DNA of 64,000 nt, taken from contig CAZWPQ010000001.1 of NCBI GenBank assembly GCA_964636085.1, forward strand, positions 64,650-128,649. The letters run 5' to 3'. Within the stretch, counting starts at the first letter, position 1. The number at the start of each line of letters is the position of its first letter. Source of the stretch: an uncultured Nitrososphaerota archaeon. GTDB taxonomy: Archaea > Asgardarchaeota > Njordarchaeia > Njordarchaeales > Panguiarchaeaceae. A program made the translations under genes and the position numbers. Shown in pieces: positions 57,334-64,000 of this stretch. The notes below the pieces were generated by a model. It was not told where the DNA came from and did no database searches. It worked only from the letters and a program-made list of their open reading frames with translations.

Positions 57334-57336
57334 TTT

Positions 57337-58095
57337 TCACTCACCTATATCAGCATCAACACTTTTAGCAATCTTCAAATATTTCCTTCTCAATGTCTCT
57401 CTCTGCATCTCATATATCTTTTTCATCGCTTTAACACCGACATCTAACACATTCCCTATCACGTCTACTGGGAATATATGATCGGCTTGCAATAGTGTTA
57501 TCTTATTACATGATGGCATCATGGCCATAGGTATGTCAGCACATAGATCATCCTCCGCGGCGTTTAGATCCACCAAAATTTTACCATCAAAATATCCCAC
57601 AGCTACCGAGGCCACCAAGTCCTGCATCGGGATGCCCGCATAAGCTAGTGCGAGGGAAGCAGCATTTATGCTGGCAGTACGTGTCCCCCCATCCGCCTGT
57701 AAAACGAGGCAATATACCCTTATCATCATCCTAGGAAATTCCTCCAATAGTAGAGCTGGCTCTAGAGCTTCTCTGATAACTTTGGATAGCTCTATCTCCC
57801 TACGTGAGGGGGAAGGACTTTTTCTCTCCTCGGTGGAGAATGTAGCCATCCTGTATGCTACATCCAAAATAGCCCGATCTGGATCCGCTATGTGTGATGG
57901 GACGCATTCCATTGGTCCTCTTACAACACATAATACCCTCGTCTTCCCCATAGATACCATTGCTGATCCCTCCGCCCTCTCGACTATCCCCACGTCCATC
58001 GTTATGGGTCTAGGCTCTAGTAGGTCTCTACCATCTATTCTCTTGCCTTTCCTGAGCAATTCTATTACTTCTTCCTTTGAAACTTTCATCTCCAT
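57337..58095 (-). CDS. rrp41: Exosome subunit Rrp41
   Basis: RIDGR, FSTEERK.P.PSRREIELSKVI, LQADGGTR. Confidence 0.97.
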   Translation of the reverse strand: MEMKVSKEEVIELLRKGKRIDGRDLLEPRPITMDVGIVERAEGSAMVSMGKTRVLCVVRGPMECVPSHIADPDRAILDVAYRMATFSTEERKSPSPSRREIELSKVIREALEPALLLEEFPRMMIRVYCLVLQADGGTRTASINAASLALAYAGIPMQDLVASVAVGYFDGKILVDLNAAEDDLCADIPMAMMPSCNKITLLQADHIFPVDVIGNVLDVGVKAMKKIYEMQRETLRRKYLKIAKSVDADIGE

Positions 58096-58793
58096 TCCCC
58101 TCTTTGTATTTTATGCATACCATTCATTAATTCCTTTTGAATTCTTTTTGTTAGTCCCACTGTATGGGATTCTCTCTCTATTTTTTTGATGGCGTATTCT
58201 ACGAGCTCCTCTATTTCAGGCCGTTCGGCTTTTATCCATATTATTCCATTGGCGCCTACTCTCACATCTGCCTTGGTTATCCTCTTAATGGTTTCTAGCA
58301 TTGTGCTCTTGACCCCTATAACACGAGGGATTTTAACTGGATTTATCGATATTAATCGGCCACCTTCAAGCTTACCGTATCCTTTATCGCGACATGTTAG
58401 TAATGGAGATATCCCTACACCTACATGCGCAACTTTAGCATATACTACGTCGCCAATTTTTAGGTAGTCAGTTGTTTTTTCCTTGCTCGCATCAAATGGT
58501 CTCTTGAGAAACTCCGATACATCAAGTCGTGCCCTCCATACATAATTAATCTCCAACATCCAATATACCACCGAGTAGTCAACAACTATACCTATTATAC
58601 TATCACCCCTCCTAGGCGTATATGAGCCCGATAGGGGAACCACATTTATATCTCTCCCCTTAATCCTGAGTAGACCTATTCTAGTAGCCACTATACTTCC
58701 ATCAGGTCTTCTAATAACTGCTCCTTTGATGTTATAATCTCCTCCCCTAACAATAACTTCCCCAGGTAGGACTATCTTGGATGATTTCTTCAA
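58086..58793 (-). CDS. rrp4: Exosome RNA-binding subunit Rrp4
   Basis: IVLPGE, Y.P..GD.IIG, GKLEGG, KIPRVIG, VGANGIIW, ESHTVGLT. Confidence 0.95.
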   Translation of the reverse strand: MKKSSKIVLPGEVIVRGGDYNIKGAVIRRPDGSIVATRIGLLRIKGRDINVVPLSGSYTPRRGDSIIGIVVDYSVVYWMLEINYVWRARLDVSEFLKRPFDASKEKTTDYLKIGDVVYAKVAHVGVGISPLLTCRDKGYGKLEGGRLISINPVKIPRVIGVKSTMLETIKRITKADVRVGANGIIWIKAERPEIEELVEYAIKKIERESHTVGLTKRIQKELMNGMHKIQRGEWR

Positions 58794-58838
58794 TTTAGCC
58801 GACCTTAACTATATGTTTGCGGATTTATGAGACCTACT

Positions 58839-59684
58839 TTATTCTATTGTCTTTCTAGAGATTATCTCCAACTTAACAAGGCCCCTTGTGGTCTCTGTCA
58901 ACATATTTGACAACTTTAGGAACATACCTGCAGGTATCTCTAATTCGGCCTCCAGTGTTCCATCTTCTAACCATTTTTGATTGCACATTGTGGCATATTG
59001 CAGTATTTTTCCATATAGTTGCCCCGTATAGGCTGGCGGGACGCGTAGTCTAGCTATAATTATCTCCAGCCTTATGGGAATTACATCTTTTAGATATTTT
59101 ATGACAATTGGGATGATATCCTTTATATCCATAAATGGATCTATGTTGACGCCTTTACCCAGGGCTTTTTTGAATGCCTCAGCGAGTTTCATTGGAGGGT
59201 ATGGTGCATTTGTCGCGGGGTTTATCGCGTATTTTTGGATATAACGTAACATCTTGTTCATTTTTTCTTCAATGAGGCGATTCCTAACCTGTTCTGGTAG
59301 CTTAAGAAACCCCTTTTCAAGTATAATTTTTGCTGCTTCATGATGTACTTTTTCGTCGTCCCAATCTTCTATTTCATCCATGATTTTCTTCTTCTCATCA
59401 TCCTTTAGACTTCTGCCTAGTTTTTTCTCAAGCTTGTCTATAGCGACCTCATACAGCATCTTTCTTAGATCTTCAGTTGGGGACAATTCGCCCTTATTTA
59501 TGTCGGAAAACACATATGGATGAATTATAACGTCGTCTATCATTACCTCTTGCCCCATTTTGTATTTTATTGCTTCATTAGTATCCACTACAATCTGAAA
59601 TTTCTTTCCCCATCTTTCATAGACCACAAACGAGTATTTCTCGCCAAAATCCATCCTTGACCAAGTGCCTCTCCATCTGGACAT
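58839..59684 (-). CDS. Ribosome maturation factor SBDS/Sdo1 (with insertion)
   Basis: GKKFQIVV, VFSDINKG, IILEKG, INPATNAPYPP, IPIRLE, EIPAG; directly upstream of rrp4. Confidence 0.9.
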   Translation of the reverse strand: MSRWRGTWSRMDFGEKYSFVVYERWGKKFQIVVDTNEAIKYKMGQEVMIDDVIIHPYVFSDINKGELSPTEDLRKMLYEVAIDKLEKKLGRSLKDDEKKKIMDEIEDWDDEKVHHEAAKIILEKGFLKLPEQVRNRLIEEKMNKMLRYIQKYAINPATNAPYPPMKLAEAFKKALGKGVNIDPFMDIKDIIPIVIKYLKDVIPIRLEIIIARLRVPPAYTGQLYGKILQYATMCNQKWLEDGTLEAELEIPAGMFLKLSNMLTETTRGLVKLEIISRKTIE

Positions 59685-59700
59685 AAATGGGACCCCTTAA

Positions 59701-60072
59701 CTATTCGCTATAGAGATAGTACAATATAACAAGAATGCTCAAGACCACAAACAAATATAGGAACCTCTGCGTTAACCCTAGGGCGTACATATATAAGAGG
59801 GGAGGAGTATATGCAAATGCTAATGTTATCACCCCCGGCTCTCTTCCATGATACTCCACTATACTGCCAAAGAATACCATCGATAAAATAAATGCGAGCG
59901 TTATTAGGATTATCTGGACAATAATCACACTTACATATGCTATTCCCTGTCCCTCCTTAATAATCCCTAGTCCCTCCGCGGTGGTCCAAAGACCACCCGC
60001 TAGGATTAGAATTATCAACATCAAAATTAGAGATTTAAACGTAGTCTGCTTGAGTTCCAATCGCGTAACCAA
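59701..60072 (-). CDS. Small integral membrane protein
   Basis: Four hydrophobic segments; co-oriented within the operon. Confidence 0.7.
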   Translation of the reverse strand: MVTRLELKQTTFKSLILMLIILILAGGLWTTAEGLGIIKEGQGIAYVSVIIVQIILITLAFILSMVFFGSIVEYHGREPGVITLAFAYTPPLLYMYALGLTQRFLYLFVVLSILVILYYLYSE

Positions 60073-60081
60073 TCGTATCCC

Positions 60082-60312
60082 CTACAAAAACTTCTTAACG
60101 CTAGGAACCTTCCAATATCTTCTGTAAAATACCCTATATCTCCGATAGTATGGTTCCCTCCAATTATAACTTCGCAATTTACTCGACCTCCCGTAACCGC
60201 ATGCAGCACAGTATTTGTGACGAATGTGATACGCATGCCTTCCACATCTCCTACATCTTATATGTGTCTTCCCCTTACCTCTTTTTCCGAACGATGGTGT
60301 GCCTTTGCCCAT
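60082..60312 (-). CDS. rpl37e: 50S ribosomal protein eL37
   Basis: [22 protein letters not shown]...CAACGYG...RSYNW. Confidence 0.97.
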   Translation of the reverse strand: MGKGTPSFGKRGKGKTHIRCRRCGRHAYHIRHKYCAACGYGRSSKLRSYNWREPYYRRYRVFYRRYWKVPSVKKFL

Positions 60313-60329
60313 ACCTATTACCTCCTTAT

Positions 60330-60593
60330 TTAGGTCCCGCTACCCTTATATTGTAATGCTGGAAATACGATAAAAACAACAACATCTCCCCTAATTATAA
60401 CATCACCTAATGTCCTTAGCTCCCCATTCTCCAATATCTGTTGGGCTCTATTGATTGTTAAATTTAAATGAACATCAAATCCCTTTAGCTTGCCCCTTAT
60501 CAGCCTACCCCCCTTGAGTTTGACAACAACATCATTGTTTAATGACCATACTAGGGCTTCTTTTGGCTTCATTGTTATTGTTTCTGACGTCAT
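60330..60593 (-). CDS. Sm-like (Lsm) protein
   Basis: [26 protein letters not shown]; conserved Lsm-eL37 pair. Confidence 0.95.
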   Translation of the reverse strand: MTSETITMKPKEALVWSLNNDVVVKLKGGRLIRGKLKGFDVHLNLTINRAQQILENGELRTLGDVIIRGDVVVFIVFPALQYKGSGT

Positions 60594-60648
60594 CCAGCAT
60601 CCACTCTTATTATTCGACTACTAACAATATTCTAAAAAACATGACTAT

Positions 60649-61938
60649 TTAATGCAATATATCAAAGACTAAGGGAGCAGTAAAGTTTAATATCAACATA
60701 ACAGTCACTAGGACATTTACTACAAAAAATATAACTCTCTGATGTCTTACTTTCTTCTCAATTAGATATGCATTTAACCATTGTGCACCGTCAAGCACAA
60801 AGCATGGAAGTACATTCAGAATCACAACCAAGAATTCTACGATAAAGCTAACATATACGAAGAAGTAAATGTAGAACATCGCCTCGTCAGATATCCATGA
60901 TATTCTACTTTTGTAGTATTGGGAAATCTCTACTCCTATATAGGGCCTCTGTTCCTTTTTGCCCAAAATTAGTTCAATTGTGAGTTCACTTCCATGACGT
61001 TCCACGGTTATATAAGCAACATGGCCTGGTTTGGCATTTTTCATGAAGTTATTTAAATCATCTATGGTTCTGATCCGAGTATTGTTCATTGCCAATATTA
61101 TGTCATGATATTTTAGGCCATATCTGTCGGCGGGACTGTTTGGTATTATTTTCTCTATCCTTAAGCCATATTCTTCGCATAGATGGGTTCCTCTGATTGT
61201 TAAATAAGTTGCGTAGAATATGGCTAGTAACAGCAAATTCGCTATTACACCGACTGCCACGATTCTCCTAAATCTCCTTAAATGCGTTCTTGATCGACCC
61301 GCATTAGAATTATCACTAGTACGCAAACCCTTAGCCGATTTTTTATCAACTGTGATAAAATCCCTATTTGACATACAGTTTTTAATGGTATCCGTGGATT
61401 CTCTCAATAACTCATCTATTTTTGGTTCCACAAATCCTCCAAATATACCTAGCGAAACTATAAATCCAGCCGATTCTACAACGACATCCTCGGCTATTGA
61501 TACGGTGCCATGAAAGAATTCATGCAATATAACTGCAGGTGTGATTGCAACAATTAATAATAGAAAGAACTTCCCAAATGGGATTGTTACTGTGGGAATG
61601 ACAACAACAAATTGTGTGCCTATAGGGAGTCCATATAGCAATAACAAAACATTTTTCATCATAGCTATGAAGTTTATGGTTATGTATGATATACCCAGCA
61701 ACATTATTAGGGGAAAAACCCTGTTCGAAAAAGCACCCAATTTTCGCCAGAATCTTCTTCTCTTCTCAGCCGATTTTGCTATCATCTCTAAAAATTTATC
61801 GGATTCATAGAACAAGATGAGCGGATATATTTTTAGCTTTCCCCTATTCCCAGTTATCTTCTCCCATATCAAATAGGCCAGAGTCCATACTATCAGCAAT
61901 AATAGTGCTTTGTTTGATGTTATGAGACCTATGTTCAT
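60649..61938 (-). CDS. Site-2 protease (M50) with PDZ domain
   Basis: HEFFH, GGFVE, GVIAN, PDZ (PNSPA..GLK..DII), NVLPCFVLDG. Confidence 0.92.
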   Translation of the reverse strand: MNIGLITSNKALLLLIVWTLAYLIWEKITGNRGKLKIYPLILFYESDKFLEMIAKSAEKRRRFWRKLGAFSNRVFPLIMLLGISYITINFIAMMKNVLLLLYGLPIGTQFVVVIPTVTIPFGKFFLLLIVAITPAVILHEFFHGTVSIAEDVVVESAGFIVSLGIFGGFVEPKIDELLRESTDTIKNCMSNRDFITVDKKSAKGLRTSDNSNAGRSRTHLRRFRRIVAVGVIANLLLLAIFYATYLTIRGTHLCEEYGLRIEKIIPNSPADRYGLKYHDIILAMNNTRIRTIDDLNNFMKNAKPGHVAYITVERHGSELTIELILGKKEQRPYIGVEISQYYKSRISWISDEAMFYIYFFVYVSFIVEFLVVILNVLPCFVLDGAQWLNAYLIEKKVRHQRVIFFVVNVLVTVMLILNFTAPLVFDILH

Positions 61939-61941
61939 TAT

Positions 61942-63045
61942 TTAGCGCCGAATAACTGCTCGGGACTCGATCAAAAGCTTCGTTATCGACAATAACTTCG
62001 TAGCCGAGTATATGTCTTCCACACCTGGCAACAAAACGTCAGAAATAAATTCTGTTGTCTGATCCAATATAAATTGTGCGAATTTTTTATCTGAAAGTCT
62101 ATGTATAAGACTTACTAATGTTTCTGTGTTTGATATAAAATACATAAGATTCTTATCCTTATGTATGTCAAAAACTGCAGAAAAATTATTGGTTAACATG
62201 TCCATCAACAACTCATGTACGCGAGGAGGAACCTCGACATTAAAACTCAGAAGCCATTCAATACTCTTCAAAATGTATCTCAGAATTTTTTTCTCTAGAT
62301 TTATTCCTATGACCTCCAAATCCTCTTGACTTAAACCACCACCTTCAAGTAGCTTCCCCCTCAGTATGACCTCCTGCGTATGTATATCTGAGACCTCTGG
62401 ATCTATCTTCACTACTATTTTACAAATCCTCCTCGAAAGTGGTAACAATAATTTTTGAGTTTGTTCATAAGAAACTGCATCAGAACACGAATATATAGCA
62501 TCTATTATTGGTACGAAATATTTCGTATTATCGATATTCGAAATGTTAAGCTTTTCTATAAATCTATTTATGAACTTAAACCCTCTTATTATTGGAACCA
62601 TACTCATGCCTCGGGCGCGACCTAAAGCTTCTAGCGCTCGAGATGTTTGATATATGACCCCATCATAAATTTCATTTGTCAGTGTGATGCTATTGACAGA
62701 AAACATGCCGTCTATCCTCTGTAGTTCACACCAAGCCCCATCCAGTTCTTTTCTAGAGAATTCAGCTCCCCCCCTCTTATTAACTTGCCTGTTCAAGATG
62801 TACTTAGCTATATCCGATGTAAGAAAGGATATCTGTGGGAAGTCGATTAGATACTTAAATGACAGCATCATTATATTGGATATTCTAATACGGGACTCCA
62901 TAGAATCCATCATATCCTCTAATAAGCCATTGCTAATATTGTATATCAAGTAATCAAGGAACTTAGAAAGTTCTGTGATCGCTAACTTCACTATCGTCCT
63001 TTCACGAGCTATCCTGACCACCCAGTATAAGCATAACTCTTGCAT
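61942..63045 (-). CDS. Hypothetical alpha-helical protein
   Basis: 367-aa ORF co-oriented with the S2P gene; no family recognised. Confidence 0.7.
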   Translation of the reverse strand: MQELCLYWVVRIARERTIVKLAITELSKFLDYLIYNISNGLLEDMMDSMESRIRISNIMMLSFKYLIDFPQISFLTSDIAKYILNRQVNKRGGAEFSRKELDGAWCELQRIDGMFSVNSITLTNEIYDGVIYQTSRALEALGRARGMSMVPIIRGFKFINRFIEKLNISNIDNTKYFVPIIDAIYSCSDAVSYEQTQKLLLPLSRRICKIVVKIDPEVSDIHTQEVILRGKLLEGGGLSQEDLEVIGINLEKKILRYILKSIEWLLSFNVEVPPRVHELLMDMLTNNFSAVFDIHKDKNLMYFISNTETLVSLIHRLSDKKFAQFILDQTTEFISDVLLPGVEDIYSATKLLSITKLLIESRAVIRR

Positions 63046-63153
63046 TTTTATATTAAGTAGTAGGGAAATCTTATAAATATTATGTATTTAGAGCAATATA
63101 TACATGATTACAGAATTTCGTAAAGACAAGAAAATATTATACGTGAGGTACCT

Positions 63154-64000
63154 ATGAGCTTACAAAAAGTTACTGGCGACATAGAAAGAATGTATGATCA
63201 ATTTAAGATAAGGCCTATCTCCGAGATCTACAATATGCTTCCTTGGAACCATTTCTTAGAGATGGACTTGATAGTAGCACATAGGGATCTCGATGCTATT
63301 CTCAATGAAAAAAAATGGGCGATCGTTAGTGGTAGAGGGCCTAGTGGCCCACTACACTTAGGGCATATCCTCCTATTCAAACTAGTGGCTTGGTTTCAGA
63401 AGACTTTTGATGTATATGCATTCATACCTTTGTCAGACGATGAAAAATTCGTTTTTGATAAGATAAAATCGTTAGATGACGCAGAATACTGGGGCCTCGA
63501 AAACGCAAAGTGGATAGCTGCATTAGGTTTTGACCCCAAAAAAACTAGGATCTACATCTCCTCTATGCATCCGTGGGTATATAGGCATGCTCTAAATGTT
63601 TCAAAGTATCTTACTATAAGCACTATAAAAGGGGCTCTTGGAATCGATGACTCTAAGAACATTGGAATACCTTTTTATGCAGCCGTCCAAATAGTTCATA
63701 TAATCCAACCTACGCTTGATTTTGGACTACGGACACTTGTTCCAATAGCCTTGGATCAGGATGTTTTTATGAGACTCACAAGGGACGTCGCTGAAAGAAT
63801 GCATATACCTAAACCAGCATCAGTTTATGTAAAATTTCTCCCTGGACTACAGAATATCCCTATGTCCAGTTCTGCCCCCGAGACAGCAATATACGTTACA
63901 GATGACAATAGAACAATCTATAACAAGATTATGAGAGCCCATTCTGGGGGGGGCATATCTACACAACACCAGAGAAAAAATGGGGGGGATCCAGATAAAT
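63154..64000 (+). CDS. trpS: Tryptophanyl-tRNA synthetase (runs off the window; not in ORF track)
   Basis: Manual translation: AHRDLD, SGRGPSGPLHLGH, LSDDEKF, ALDQDVFMRLTRDVA, PMSSS; GAGGT SD before ATG 63154. Confidence 0.93.
   Translation, partial: MSLQKVTGDIERMYDQFKIRPISEIYNMLPWNHFLEMDLIVAHRDLDAILNEKKWAIVSGRGPSGPLHLGHILLFKLVAWFQKTFDVYAFIPLSDDEKFVFDKIKSLDDAEYWGLENAKWIAALGFDPKKTRIYISSMHPWVYRHALNVSKYLTISTIKGALGIDDSKNIGIPFYAAVQIVHIIQPTLDFGLRTLVPIALDQDVFMRLTRDVAERMHIPKPASVYVKFLPGLQNIPMSSSAPETAIYVTDDNRTIYNKIMRAHSGGGISTQHQRKNGGDPDK

Noticed and set aside
1-64000. CRISPR arrays, rRNA, SRP/RNase P RNA, transposases
   Set aside because: No regularly spaced repeats, no long GC-rich structured intergenic segments, and no transposase motifs recognised by eye

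Overview
A gene-dense, AT-rich archaeal chromosome segment made almost entirely of core genes. No transposase, integrase, CRISPR array or rRNA was recognised. Translation and RNA genes include 12 ribosomal proteins (one, eL39, missing from the ORF track), aIF2-gamma, exosome Rrp4/41/42, SBDS, KEOPS Cgi121/Pcc1, Brix, Gar1, Nep1, TmcA, Trm11, TrmJ, FtsY, HflX and a partial TrpRS. There are also a scattered A/V-ATPase set (C, D, I, K, E, G/H), a histone, SepF, two HerA-like ATPases, NurA, and six tRNAs (Glu, Ser, Leu, Ala, Phe, Cys). Four of the tRNAs carry BHB introns, two at non-canonical positions. Several eukaryote-signature-like genes point to an Asgard-type, probably thermophilic archaeon (Njordarchaeales-like; inference only). 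The top candidate system is a two-gene operon at 10229-11971: a Rag-like GTPase with a C-terminal roadblock domain, translationally coupled to an NPRL2/folliculin/SMCR8-like uDENN-longin protein that appears to keep the arginine-finger residue. This could be a minimal archaeal Rag-GAP module. Other oddities are a tRNA-Ala with A3-U70 instead of G3-U70, a Mak16/eL28-like protein, ATPase subunit E fused to a degenerate PD-(D/E)XK-like domain, a probably catalytically dead IorAB pair, and a 7TM-longin fusion. All family calls come from motif recognition by eye; no searches were run.
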